The notes under the pieces were generated by a model that was not told where the DNA came from, made no database searches, and was given only the letters and a program-made list of their open reading frames with translations. From NCBI RefSeq assembly GCF_964188315.1, contig NC_135667.1:23002001-23066000 (forward strand): a stretch of 64,000 bases of DNA, given 5' to 3'. Both the position numbers and the translations under genes were made by a program. The DNA comes from Podarcis muralis (lineage: Eukaryota). Positions 35,301 to 48,194 of the stretch are shown here, one piece after another. How positions within the stretch are numbered: the first letter of the stretch is position 1; every line of letters begins with the position of its first letter.

Positions 35301-38300
35301 GCGATGTATAGGTTACAAATTTATTGTAATGTATGATGGTGGTTTCTGTTTTTGTATGATGGTGGTTTTTGTTTTTGTTTTTGTTTTGCTTCGATTATTG
35401 TTTGTCTTTTGTAAGTTTTGGCGATTTTAAATTTGGAGGTTTAAGTATAATATGTTGGTATGGGAAACTGTCGTGTAATGGGCCAATGGCCGTAATAAAG
35501 ATCAATCCAATCCTTACATTCTGGGTGCTCATTGCTAGCAGTAAGGAGCCTTCTCTTTCCATACAACATTATTATTCATGTGCAGTTGATGCAACATTGC
35601 TGACTTCAGCAGACATTCAGTAGAGAAGGGTCTCTAATTCAGACTTTAGATTCACAACAGATAGAAGCTGGTGAAAATGGGTAAGAAGAAAGTGACAGAG
35701 GCATCTGGGCCTTCTGGGTTTTCCTCACGCTCTCCCTCACATGAATCAAATCAGATGGAAGTGAACGACGGAAGAGTAATAATATCTTATTGCTAATCTC
35801 CATGTTATTATTATGTATAGGTGTTGCCTATTTCTGTGTGCAATGACAACTGCCAACCTGGCTACAGCAGGAAAAAGAAAGAGGGAGAAAAATTTTGCTG
35901 CTATGATTGTGCTCCATGTGCAGAAGGGATGATCTCTAAGCAGAAAGGTAGGAGATATAATATAAAAAACATCATATGGAAGGATGCATTGACCCTTAAG
36001 GCACATATAGCCATTACTTTGATGAAGCTAAGCAGTTCTTGGTCTGACCAGTATCTGGATGGGAAACAGACCGGGGAGCCAATATATACAAACTGGCATT
36101 CCACAGTGGAATAAAAATGGGATATAAATGTAATAAAATATTTCAAAATTCATATTAAATTTGTTGCAGGGGGACGGGGGGATGACATCCCCTCACAGTT
36201 TATTTTTGGTTTTACAGCTCCTTGAGTGAAAGGGCGCATATAAATATAAAAATAAAATAAATAAATAAATAAATGAATACAAGTCTAAGGTACCATAAAA
36301 TAACCAGAGAAGTGTGATAATACAAATGCCCATCAACATTATAGGAGACAAAATGGACTCCATTTGCCAGGGAGTTCCATAACTGCTGAGACTATCTACT
36401 GGCTCACAGCTAATCATATCACTGAAAATGGAAGTCCAGCAAATCTTAACATATGGATTGATTAGGAGAACTCCATCAGTGGCCAAACTGTTAGAAGTAG
36501 AGAGGCTTATGATGTAGCAATTAGCACACAGCTGCCAAGAAACTCTTAGTTTTTTCATATTAACTTCTACCATGAAATACACAGTGCTTGTAGAAGTGCC
36601 TCCCATGCTATTTGTTTCCCGACTCAAATGGTTAGGCTATCCCAGCCCAGGTAAGGGTGCAGCTGAGTCACCAGCCAAAGCTTATGGAATGCACTCCAAG
36701 CCACTGAACCCATCTGAGCCTAAAGAAACAGCAAAGGAACCAGAAGTAAACCCAAGCTGTGAACCATTCCTTCAAAGGGAGTGCAGCCCCACCCAGAGCA
36801 GGCACCATCTCATGCATCCCATCCCCACTCCTGCTCCCAGCCCAGCCATGGAAACCATTTTGTATTGTTCTCTGATATTTTCTCAGCCAATGTGAACATG
36901 TGGCCCTAAAAGTTGAATTTTGCAAATTTTACAGTTAGGAGATTGAACTGTTTTGTGAATAGCCAGAAAATAGCCTGCATGTTTTGATTGACATCGTGAT
37001 CCATCCAGATCAAATTAGCTTGCCACACTGCTTCTGCTGCTGGTGGAATCCCCCCCTCTTGCTGGCGAGAGTGCGGTATGCCTACATACAGTGTGACTGC
37101 TCATCTTCCCTACCCTGATGTGAAGACGATGAGCAGCAATTCCTTGTAGAATGTCCTGACTCATGCCAAGTTCCATGAGAGGGGACATTGCAGCAGTGGT
37201 GTGGAATGATGGTGTGGTCGGGGCAACTCTCTCCCATTTTGCCTTAGGTGGAAAAGGCCATGGGCCACCCCTGGGATCTTTTGTAATCTGAGTTTGGCAC
37301 ATTCCTGTTCCAATCCTATTTCTTTATCATTGTATCCTGACTGTCTTCTGTAATTAGAAGAGAACTCAAGGCAATGTAAATAGAGATTCCAAACAGTCTA
37401 CTATCCAGTGAGAAAGTTGAATCGGTCATCAGTCACTTTAACAGGATGGCTATGAATTGTACCTTTGGACCATACCCTATAAGAATAACACTACCCAAAA
37501 TAGCAACAGATTATTAATAGAATAAAAAGAAAAACAAACAAAAAAATTCATATGAAAATTACTTCTTTGGTCTTTAAAGTGATTCACGTAAATTATCCCT
37601 ATAAATCACATAAGTGAGTATCATATACTCACATAAGTGAGTATCAAAATCAAGGATTTTGAAATTAAGGGACACCTTTCTCCAAAGTTCACCAAAAAAC
37701 TGCAAACGAGTCAACAAAATTTATTCTTACTGATGGCCCTTTTAAATAGGTGTTGATCAACTTCTAGAAGTATTTAAAGGAGCTCTTGACTATTTTCAGA
37801 TATGGATGCCTGTGTCAAATGTCCACAAGACCAGTATCCCAATATGGACCAAACTCAATGCATTCCTAAAGTTGTAAGCTACCTCTCTTACAAAGAAACA
37901 TTAGGGATTACTTTAGCTATCTTAGCCATTTCCTTCTCCTTTATCACAACTTTCATACTTGGAATTTTCGTGAAGCATAAGGACACTCCCATAGTCAAAG
38001 CTAACAACAAGACCCTCACCTACATCCTTCTCATCTCTCTCCTTCTTTGCTTCCTCTGCTCCTTACTTTTCATTGGACAGCCTGGAAAGGTCATCTGCCT
38101 TCTCCGACAAACAGCCTTTGGCATCATATTCTCTGTTGCCCTTTCCAGCACTTTGGCAAAAACCATCACCGTGGTTCTGGCATTCATGGCAACCCAGCCT
38201 GGATCCAAAATCAGAAAATGGGTGGGGAAGAGAATGGCAAATTCCATTGTCCTCTCCGGCTCCTTTCTTCAAGCTGGCATTTGTTCTCTTTGGTTATGTA

Positions 38301-38701
38301 CTTCCCCTCCATTCCCAGATATGGACATGCACTCAGTGACAGGAGAAATGCTACTGGAATGTAATGAGGGTTCAACTATCATGTTCTACTGTGTCATAGG
38401 CTACATGGGTTCCTTAGCCATTGTAAGCTTCATTTTGGCTTTCCTAGCCAGGAAGTTGCCAGACAGTTTCAATGAGGCCAAATTTATCACTTTCAGCATG
38501 TTGGTGTTTTGCAGTGTTTGGCTGACTTTTGTTCCAACCTACTTGAGCACCAAAGGAAAATACATGGTGGCTGTGGAGATTTTCTCCATCTTAGCATCCA
38601 ATGCTGGCTTACTGGGTTGCATCTTTTTCCCTAAATGCTACATCATTGTACTGAGGCCTGAACTGAATAACCGGGAGCAACTAATAAGGAAAACCAAATG
38701 A
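29385..38701 (+). CDS. Vmn2r26-like: V2R gene 3, intact 895-aa ORF if the extra truncated exon 2 is skipped
   Basis: Exons 29385-29644, 30026-30317, 32411-33289, 33526-33753, 35821-35947, 37800-38701; GT-AG, in frame. Confidence 0.88.
31253..31520 (+). pseudogene. 5'-truncated second copy of V2R exon 2 inside gene 3 intron 2
   Basis: Intron sequence gcctgagacaagtg is fused directly to catcctggcctttgcatttgct (exon 2 without its acceptor and first 23 nt or so). Open frame to ...AILKTPQ with an intact CAG|GTAAG donor at 31520/31521. Confidence 0.9.
33782..34135 (-). mobile_element. Bov-B/RTE LINE 3' fragment in gene 3 intron 4
   Basis: ttgttgttgttgtttagtcatttagtc tail and body similar to 11758-12150. 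Boundaries approximate. Confidence 0.8.
34593..35513 (+). mobile_element. 5'-truncated non-LTR retrotransposon of uncertain clade (C-terminal CCHC-type domain)
   Basis: 16-bp TSD ttacattctgggtgct at 34577-34592 and 35514-35529. ORF ends [14 protein letters not shown]...[18 protein letters not shown]; 3' end ggccaatggccgtaataaagatc(aatcc)2. Confidence 0.8.
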
Positions 38702-38743
38702 AACATGTATGAGAAAATGGTAGCTTAGAGAATTAAGGCATTT

Positions 38744-39208
38744 ATGCCAAAGAAAAGTAAGACATTCATGTACGTCACTACGGCAGGAAGAATCCTAATA
38801 CCACAAAATTGGAAGACTGGAAAAATGCCATCTAAAGAACAATGGCAATAAAAATTGATGAACTATGCAGAAATGGCAAAATTAATGGATGAACTGTGTG
38901 AAAAGTACAATAGTGACTTTGGAAAAAAATGAGAACCCTTTACAACATACTTGCAGAAATAAAACAAAAAAAATGGACTTGTTGACAGGATTTAAATAAA
39001 TATTTACAACTTTATTTACAGAGAACATAAATATAATTAGTGATACCAGAACATTATGTATAAACAGCAGAATGTAACATTTGGTGTAACATACCAGAAA
39101 TGGAAGTTGGGGAAAGTCAACAGGGAGGGGGGGGAAAGGATCTTAAATGAAGATATTGAATAATTGGTATCAGAAAAGAAAATCAATAAAAATCATTTGA
39201 AGAGAGAG
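38744..39208 (+). mobile_element. 5'-truncated L1-like 3' end in the gene 3 3' flank
   Basis: Translates FMYVTTAGRILIPQNWKTGKMPSKEQWQ*KLMNYAEMAKL (L1 ORF2 end); 17-bp TSD agagaattaaggcattt at 38727-38743 and 39209-39225. Confidence 0.85.
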
Positions 39209-39289
39209 AGAGAATTAAGGCATTTGAGCTTGATTAAGCAAATATTAAGGAAATCCTTGCAACTTCAACTAAGATAGATGCATCACACT

Positions 39290-39608
39290 TCAAGTTGGCT
39301 TCCAGAAATTCATTCAGATGAGGAACCTTCCCATGCAGAAGAACATGGTTTTATTCAGGCCTTCTGGGAACAAGCAGCCAGCTGTTTCCTAAACCTATTT
39401 AAGGAAGTATAGAAAACCTGTACTAGGGAGGAGAAGCTGGAGAGCCTTCCTGGAATTCTGCTTGAAATGAACATGCTTAGCCATAGCTACAATGTCTGCA
39501 ATGCTGTATATGCAGTTGCATATGAAATTCAATTTATTGTATATAGCCCAATACCTTCACAATGAATAACAGAGGGCAAAGGCAAGCCATTACACTAAAC
39601 CCATGCAA
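39290..39608 (+). pseudogene. Degenerate V2R exon-3 relic downstream of gene 3
   Basis: gaggagaagctggagagccttcctggaattctgcttgaaatgaacatg...agctacaatgtctgcaatgctgtatatgcagttgc. Confidence 0.7.
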
Positions 39609-39618
39609 TATGAATCTA

Positions 39619-39860
39619 CAGTAGTACCTCGGGTTACATACGCTTCAGTTTACATATGATTCAGGTTACAGACTCCTCTAACCCAGAAATATTACCTCGG
39701 GTTAAGAACTTTGCTTCAGGATGAGAACAGAAATTGTGTAGCGGCGGCGCAGTGGCAGCAGGAGGCCCCATTTGCTAAAGTGGTGCTTCAGGTTAAGAAC
39801 AGTTTCAGGTTAAGAACAGACCTCCAGAACGAGTTAAATTCTTAACCCGAGGTACCACTG
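39619..39860. mobile_element. Tc1/mariner-type MITE
   Basis: TIRs cagtagtacctcgggtta ... taacccgaggtaccactg, preceded by TA; same family as 11603-12357. Confidence 0.8.
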
Positions 39861-40426
39861 TGTAAAGTTTAAAGATGTCTAGAACATAAAAGTTTATAGC
39901 ATAAAAGTTTTAAATTACAATCCTTGGGGGATCAATGTGAGGAACAGTGAAGAATAGGGGATTAAAAATCTTATCTGGACAAATCAACAAATAGTTCATT
40001 TTATCCTCAACCTGATTACATCCATAAATGCATTTGCATGCCCTATGAACTATTCCAAGGTATTTCCCTTCTAAGTACATTGAGGGCATCTGTTGAAACC
40101 CAAGTTCAACAAAGACCCTACATAATTGTGGTAAAGTAAGCATAGGAGAGTAGGCATGATATATCAGAATGATGACACTATACTGTGTCTCTTCTGTAGA
40201 AGCTGCTTGAAACTTTGTGTAGATTTTTTTTTTGGGGGGGGGGGTGCTTTTCATGCTTAGACTAGAAGGAAAACAACCATGAAGCAAACACAAAGCTATA
40301 GCCTAACAGATATGTAACAGCCAGCTCCCAAGAGGTTCAACCTCCTCCCACCTTGTACCAGCATGTAATAGATTCCAAACCATCCCCAAAAAATCCATCG
40401 GATAGTATACATACGATGCAATAGAA

Positions 40427-41311
40427 CACTGGTGTCAAACACAAGGTCCGCGGGCCGAATCCGGCCCACCAGACCTCGACATGTGGCCCGTGTAGCCGCC
40501 GGCGGCCGCCAGTCTAGGGATTTGTTGTCTCAGCAGTTTCCCGTGAAGCCAGCGCTTTTATCTCGCAATATTTGGAAAGTGCGCGGGTTTCCCCCCCTCC
40601 CCCGCCCACTCTGCCGGAAGCGCCGCGAGGCATTCGAAACCCGGCGTGAGTCGGAAGCGGCGGCGCGATGCCCGTGGAGGAGAACGGCCTCGTCCGGGAG
40701 CGCCGCAGGTGGGGAGCCGCCAAGAGAGGCCGGGCTGCCTCCTCAGGGTCCGGGGGGGAGGGTGTATATTGTGGGCTAAGGGGTCGCCTGAGCATGTGCA
40801 GAGCGCTCTCTGCCTTGCCTGCCCTCCCCCCCAGCAGAAAGCCCGCGAAGAAAAGCCCAGCAGCAGCAGCGCCCTTCTTTTTATCGCTTATTGTGCAGGC
40901 GAGGCTGCCTCCCCCGATATAGATATAGATATGAGAGAGGGGGAAGTCAGAGAGGTGGAAAAAATATGGGGCTGGTGTCGGTGGGATTATAACCTCCCTC
41001 ATGAGGATAAGTCAGAATTTAGCAAAGTAGGGTGCAGCTTTCCTCCCCCCCCCTCCAAAAAACAAACAAACAGAAAAGTTTGTATTACTTATCCTGAAGC
41101 CAAAGTACAATTTTAGCATGCTGCTATTATTTTCCACCTCATTTCGCTTTGTAGCTGGTGACTACTTGTTGTTTGTATTCTTGATGAATGCTATATTATA
41201 AAAAGACAACAACAGGGGGACAACGGAAGAATTTGGGAAATAGATGGTGGCAAAGGGGTTGGAGGTCTTTTAAGACAGAGCTTTCAGGAGCTAGAACCAA
41301 CAAGTACCGTG

Positions 41312-41359
<48 letters not shown>

Positions 41360-41640
41360 CACATAACAAGAAGCAACAAGTACTGTGTTTTATATATGGG
41401 TTATTTTGTGCTAGTTCTTAAGGCAGGCATATCCAAAGTCTGCTTTGAGGCCCAATTCAGCCCTCCTGTGGCAGTTCATTCTTTTATTGCTGTCAAATCC
41501 TTTAAAAAGTTCAATAAACCTTGGGGGGCCATCCCCCCAAAAGCTCTTTAATCCTAAAAAAAAGCTCAACTTTGGTCGGCCCTCATGCATGTTCACTTCC
41601 ATCAAATCTGGCCCTCTTTGAAAAATGTTTGGCACCCCTG
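40427..41640. mobile_element. Non-autonomous hAT-type DNA transposon with a GC/CpG-rich interior
   Basis: Imperfect TIRs cactggtgtcaaac / gtttggcacccctg; subterminal ggtccgcgggccgaatccggccc; 8-bp TSD caatagaa (40419-40426) / caatagag (41641-41648). Confidence 0.75.
41315..41357. repeat. (TG)n microsatellite
   Basis: Uninterrupted TG run. Confidence 0.95.
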
Positions 41641-44600
41641 CAATAGAGGCAGAGAAAACAAAATTATTCACTTTTACCACTGAGTCAGAAATCACATTGA
41701 ATTCTGATGAATTTTTTGGGATTTTTTCTCCACATATGCTCCAAATGTCTCCCAGCTTGTTTCATTGCTCTCTTCTCCAGGATATAGCACAGAATCAACT
41801 GTGTCAACTGCCCAGGTCATCATTCCATTCCATACATTGTTCAGCATTTTGACAGAAAAGTTGGTTGTATCAGCTGAAAGGGGGGAAACTAAAGCTCTCT
41901 AGAAATTATTCAGATATAATAGCCTCTGAAAGTGAACCATTTTAACAGGACCACAACATGCTGAGTGGGAAGTCTTCTATTTGCCTAAAATTTAGGAGAA
42001 GGTGATCTTAACAGGAGATGGGTAATGATACAATGTTCAGTTCAACCACTCCCTTCCCAGATAGAAAACCACATTCAGTTTTATTATAAATCATTAATAA
42101 AGAATAATAGAGAAAAATAATTCTGGAAAGTGATTTGTTGAACAAGATGTAACTTCCATTTTGATGAAATTAAATCTCAAATGCCCCAGGGTGAGACTCT
42201 GAACCAGGGCATTCACATTATACTGAATATTAATTTTATGTGAGTGAACATAACTTTAATTCTGGGAAGAGGCATCCTGGAACCATCAGGCTAAGTGCCA
42301 CTGACTAATTGATATTTCTCACAGAAGAAAAAATAGTTGCAAAATTTGGGGGGGGGGGGAATGACATCCTTGGAGCTTTGTATTAAATGATGCCACTTCA
42401 AAGGCCAAAAATACACTTAAGAAATTATAATTACTGTCATAATTACTGTTCTCTGTCTTCTGTCACCATGGACACCCATGGTGTCCACCAGATGATTCCA
42501 CCATGATATTTAACAAAAAGAAGTATACTGTGAGTATCCCTGTTCCTCATACATTCTCCTGCTGGCCCAGTTTATTTTCTACTTCCTAGATTCTTACTGT
42601 GGAAAACTGAAGCTCATTGACCAATATAAAATAACACACATTCCCTGTAATTTGCATAACATTATCTGTGGGGAAATACGCTAAGAATTCACAAGTTTAC
42701 ACTTTGGTGCCTTTGCTCACCAGAACAAAATTACTAACACCTGACCTGCAGAGAAAAGTAGGAAGTTGTTTATAGATAAAAAACAAAAAATCTTCACTCA
42801 TCCTTAGAGGATAAATGGAAGAGATAAAGAAGACACAATGTTAAAGGGAAATTACTGGCAAGAGACAAAATGAAATAAAGTAGCAGGATACTGGCACACA
42901 GATTCCCTAAACTGCCATGCTGTAAATCTGTGCAGCAACAATATCATCCACCATTCACTGAAGGCTGTAGGAAAGCTGAAAACAGCCAGACTGAATACTG
43001 CAATTGGAATCATGGGAACACAGTTTTTGAAGGGACGTTTTACCAACAGGATCTTGCTGGTGGTGATGTTGCTGCTTATATTACTGTGTCATACAGTATG
43101 CAAGATACATTCTATTAATTGCAGTATACATGATGATCCCCTACCTATTCCCCATGAATTTTACCAGCCAGGAGACATTGTCATTGGTGAGATTGTTTCT
43201 CAGGTCTTCTTTCTCTATAACATCCTCTCTTTCATGGAGCAGCCTACCCAGATAATGATTGACGAACCCATGTAAGGAATCAATATTTATCACACAATTT
43301 GAATTATTGTATATAAGAATTATAATTATTCAGAACATAACTTTAATGAATGCTGTGCTTCATTGAGCTTTTGAGATAAGAAAAGTGGCACTTGGCTTTT
43401 TAATATGTGTGTACATTGCCTTCTACGTTATCTTGTTGGGCATAATAAACTACTAGCATGTTTCCTCCAGATAACTTATAGAAATGAATGGATCACATGC
43501 ATTTTTGTTTTGCTACTGGTGCAATCTATTTATTGAGCATTTTTTCTGATTTGCTTGATGAGTGGTTATCTGACAATGAGCATTTATCTTCTTTTTAGCC
43601 ATTTGTTTATCCCATATTTTAAAGTTATTTCCAAACTGCTAAAAGTCCTATTCTTTTTAAGAATAGTTTTGTTGCACTCCTTGCAAGAGTTCAAGAATGC
43701 ACTTCCTTCCCACAAAGAGTGACAACACACGTTGTTGTTCTTTCCACATTTTGTTGTCTCTCATCCTTGGCCTCGATCTCTGCCCCTCGCTTGCCCTTTC
43801 AGACGACAGGAATTTTTAACGTTGTGTTTCATATTATTATATTTTAGAGAAATAAACATCTTTCTTATCCCTATTGTTTTAACACATATAATTTGGAGAG
43901 CTGACTCCCTCACATTATACAGGGGACACAGCTAGACTGGTAATGAAAAAGCGATTTATATGCATTGTATGTACAATATAACATTGTGCCACGAGATGGT
44001 GACATGGAGTCCCATTTCCCTCCACTTGTTTTCCATGTTTTACTTTCCAATGCTTTAAACTGAAATGCTTCTTTGATGTGTCTAGATCCAGCCAGGGACA
44101 AACATAGGCTTATTGATTCGATATACAGGAGACAATAGAGCCAGAAAGCAAATCTGACCCTCTCACAGGACTATGTGTAGATGGGTATATATTTACAAAC
44201 AAAAACTTGTCCCTATTTGTTGTTCATAATGAGGCATCTGATCAAGACCTGTATTTTAAAATGAGCTTAAAGATATATTTGCAAATGTTTGTATGTTTCA
44301 TGCCAGGCATAAAGCAGCTGGTTAAGTACTTTGGCAGTTGTTTATCTTCCTGCTCAAGCCCCCCCCCCCCCTGATTTATAGCAGTACCTCAAAGTTGTAA
44401 AAGGGAATTACAGGCTGGGAGCAAAGATCATACTGACCATACATATTACAGAATACAATCAAGCTGCAAAAACACAATTAAGAGTTGGTAAATAGTGAAA
44501 TTTATTGTTTAACAGAAAATAATACCATGTGCCTCCCATCAGACGCGAGCCATATTTTCCTAAGGTTAAAGGGCAAGAGCTAATAGGAAAAGCAGCTGGC

Positions 44601-44826
44601 TGGGAAAGGGAGTTGTAAATTGAAGAGGTTGTTTTTGAAGCTGTTTTCTACTGAGTTCCTTTTTTACTTTGCAAAGGCCTTTTCTTCTAAAAATCTATCT
44701 ATGTTATATATGGAATTTATTGGCTTAATGTAATTATGCAAAGGATTTAGACAGTAAGAAATGTTAGATTCTTATGTTAGATTCTTATTTCATTGATGGT
44801 GTGTGAGAATGTGAACCCAAGATCTC

Positions 44827-45277
44827 TGTTACCATGAGCCATCTGTTTTAGCCATCTGTTTTGGAGTGAAGGGGCAATAGGGCAAAAGGTGAAATGTTAA
44901 TTAAGGTGCCTTGTCGAGGCAAATGTAAGATATATGGCTACTTGTCTGCCATTTATGGATAGAAGGAAATATAGCTCTTTGTCTCCCATAAAAGGTAATA
45001 GGAAGTGGGTGTATCTTTTATGATTGGTTCTAGCAAACAGCCAATAGGAATTTCAACCAGGCTGATTGGACAGAGGCAGCCAAAGGAGGAGCAAGGGGGC
45101 TGGGCTGAGGAAATATAAGTGCTGGCCATCAGGGCTGGAGTGGGCAGAGCTTTGGTAACCATATACCAATGTGTCTCTCATTTATTTGTCTGACAAATAA
45201 ATTATTATTTTAATTTCTCTATCGCTGCGTTGAATCTTTCATTCCAGCTAAGCGTTAACCACAAGCAGGGTGCTACA
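44827..45277 (+). mobile_element. Probable solo LTR in gene 4 intron 1
   Basis: TGTTAC...GCTACA termini; CCAAT (ccaatagg, gattgg), TATA-like aaatataagtg and aataaa in U3-R-U5 order. No clean TSD seen. Confidence 0.55.
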
Positions 45278-45295
45278 ATACTGTTTAATTTAGAA

Positions 45296-45433
45296 TAATA
45301 GAACTGTAGAGTTGGAAGGGACCATGAGGGCCATCTAGTCCAACCCCCTGCAATGCAGGCATCTTCTGCCCAATGTGAGCTTGAACCCAGGACCCTGGGA
45401 TTAAGAGTCTCATGTTCTACTTGACTGAACTAT
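45296..45433 (-). mobile_element. Short SINE-like element (tRNA-like head plus CR1-like 3' end)
   Basis: The reverse of 45362-45433 is tRNA-Lys-like (catgagactcttaatcccagggtcctgggttcaagc). 45296-45360 is a CR1-type tail (gagttggaagggacc...tccaaccccctgc). Confidence 0.5.
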
Positions 45434-46789
45434 ACAGCAGATATTTAAAATTAAACATGTGCAGAATAAATACGATCGTTGCCTTTTTCTTTTTTCCTTA
45501 AAGAAAGGTAGTTAGTGATTCTCAGGTACAATGAAACAGCCTAACGGTTCGGGGGGGGGGCTTTCATTGTATTTCCCATCTGCAATATTTTATCTTGTAT
45601 AATTATGGCAGATGCTCTTCAGCATTAATGTGTTTCAAACTTCAGAGAATATCCATGGTCCATTATAAGTTATTTGAGCTACTCCATCTATTTGTTTATT
45701 TTGTATTTCATAGAACCTGTTGAAACCGAGATTCTCAATGATAAAAATGAGTTAGTGAAATAAAAATGTGTGTCCTTGTGCTTGCTTAGTTAAACTGCTA
45801 ATGGAAAACTATCACAGTACCTATATCTATATCATCTATATCCATATCTATATTCTTTTGGTTGGTTCTTAAACAATAGGAAGCACACCATAGCTTGCAT
45901 AGAACACACTTCTGATTGGGTCTTGCTGTTTCTGTTATTGTTTTCATATCCAAAGGGGGTAACTCCAATAAAATGATCTCAGAACATTTGAAACATTTAG
46001 TTTTTCAACTCATGGTGGGTATATCTGAATCTAATGTTGTTTTCTTTTTATTTCCATGTATGGTTGTAAAATACACCTACAACTTGAAAATGTGCAGATA
46101 AGTAACAAGGAAGACTACTTATGTCCGTGTTCATTTTGCATGGTTAAGCAGCTGACCAAAGATTATCATACTACATCTGTTTTTGTTGTTTTTTATTTTC
46201 CTCTAGAAAGATGGGAAGCACATCATAGTTTACATATTGGCTGCCTAGATTCGGTTTTTTACAATGTTCTTCTTGGAAAAGAGTGGATTCCAAAACTGAA
46301 GGACAAACTTTATTAAGCATTTAAAAAGTCATAGAACTGTAGGCACATTTATCTCGTTAGCACATTGGAGGGTGTCTTATTTTTGTACTTCAGTATATAA
46401 TATTGGGCAGTTATAACCTGCCGTTCAATCTTGGAAACCTGTAGATATATTTTATTCTGGCAGTTGTTTTATTAAACAGTTGCTACTGTTCTTACAGTTC
46501 AGTGCCAAAGAACTACCAGCACATCCTGGCCTTAGCATTTGCTGTCAAAGAGATCAATGAGAATCCCAACATCTTATCAAATATCTCTCTGGGGTGTCAT
46601 ATCCTCAATAGCTACTACACTGCAAGGATGACCTATAAGGCCACCCTGAGCCTGCTCTCCACAGAACATAGGTTTGTCCCGAACTTCAAATGTGACAAGC
46701 AAAACAATCTGATAGCTCTCATTGGGGGATGCATCTCTGAAATCTCTGCCAATATGGCCATTGTTTCAGCAACTCACAAGACTCCACAG

Positions 46790-46792
<3 letters not shown>

Positions 46793-46828
<36 letters not shown>

Positions 46829-48194
46829 TTAATTTATACCCCACCCTCCCCAGCCAAGGCCGGGCTCAGAGCGGCTTACAAGCAATAATAAAAACAAGAT
46901 GAATGATTACAACTTAAAAACAAAAATAAAATACAACATTAAAATAATGGAACATTGAAATATTAAAATGTAGCCTCATCGCAGGAGGAGAAGGAAAAGA
47001 AAAAAGAAAGAGAGGGAGGGAGTAAATCAAATTGGCTCCAAGCCAAAGGCCAGGCGGAACAACTCTGTCTTACAGGACCTGCGGAAAGAAATCAGATCCT
47101 GCAGGGCCCCGGTCTCATGAGGCAGAGCATTCCACCAGGCCGGAGCCAGAGTTGAAAAGGCCCTGGCTCTGGTTGAAGCCAATCTAACTTCCTTAGGGCC
47201 CTGGACCACTAGGGTGTTGCTATTTATGGACCTTGAGGCTCTCCGTGGGGCATACCGGGAGAGGCGGTCCCGTAGGTACGAGGGTCCTAGGCCGTGAAGG
47301 GCTTTAAAGGTCAAAAGCAGCACCTTAAATCTGATCCTGTACTCCACCGGGAGCCAGTGCAGCTTGAAAAGCACTGGGTGAATATGCTCCCATGGCAGAG
47401 ACCCCGTGAGGAGCCTCGCTGCAGCATTCTGTACCCGCTGGAGTTTCTGGGACAGCTTCAAGGGCAGCCCTGCGTAGAGTGAATTACAGTAGTCAAGCCT
47501 GGAGATGACCGTCGCATGGATCACTGTGGCCAGGTTGGGGCAGGAAAGGTAAGGGACCAACTGCTTGATGCGGCGAAGGTGGAAAAATGTCACCTTGGCT
47601 GTTGCTGTAACTTGCGCCTCCATGGAAAGGGAGGTGTCGAGGATTACACCCAAACTCTTAACGGAAGGCAATGGCACTAATTGGGACCCCACAAGAGAAG
47701 GGAGTTGGTCCCTCATCCCCATGCCATCCCGACCTAGCCATAGGACCTCTGTCTTCGAAGGATTTAGTTTCAATCAGCTCCCACGAAACCATCCAACCAC
47801 AGCTTCCAAGCATCTGGTCAGTGTGTTCGGGGCCGAATCAGTGTGGCCATCCATCAGCAGACAGAGCTGAGTGTCATCAGCATATTGGTTACAGCCCAGC
47901 CCAAAGCTCCGGATAATCTGGGCAAGGGGGCGCATAAAGATGTTAAAAAGCATCGGGGAGAGAATTGCGCCCTGCGGCACTCCACACACCAAGGAGTGGC
48001 GCGACAACATTTCCCTCCCTAGTGCCACCCTCTGTCCCCGACCAGAGATAAAAGAGCACAACCAGTTACGGGCTATGCCCTGTATCCCCACGTCTGCGAG
48101 GCGGTGGTCCAGAAGATCATGATCAACCATGTCAAAGGCTGCTGACAAATCTAAAAGGATCAGCAGTCCTGACCCGCCTCGATCCAGTTGTCAT
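46793..48194 (-). mobile_element. L2-clade LINE, 5'-truncated, inserted at the gene 4 exon-2 splice donor
   Basis: Minus-strand RT: LILLDLSAAFDMVDH, GVPQGAILSP, YADDTQL, LNPSKTE, SRLDYCNSL, one premature TGA at 47776-47774. (AAT)n tail at 46793; 7-bp TSD acaggta at 46786-46792 and 48195-48201. Confidence 0.92.

Noticed and set aside
40432-41116. GC-rich ORFs suggesting a CpG-island gene or a transposase
   Set aside because: Inside a TIR/TSD-bounded non-autonomous element; no transposase motifs; long ORFs are expected at high GC.
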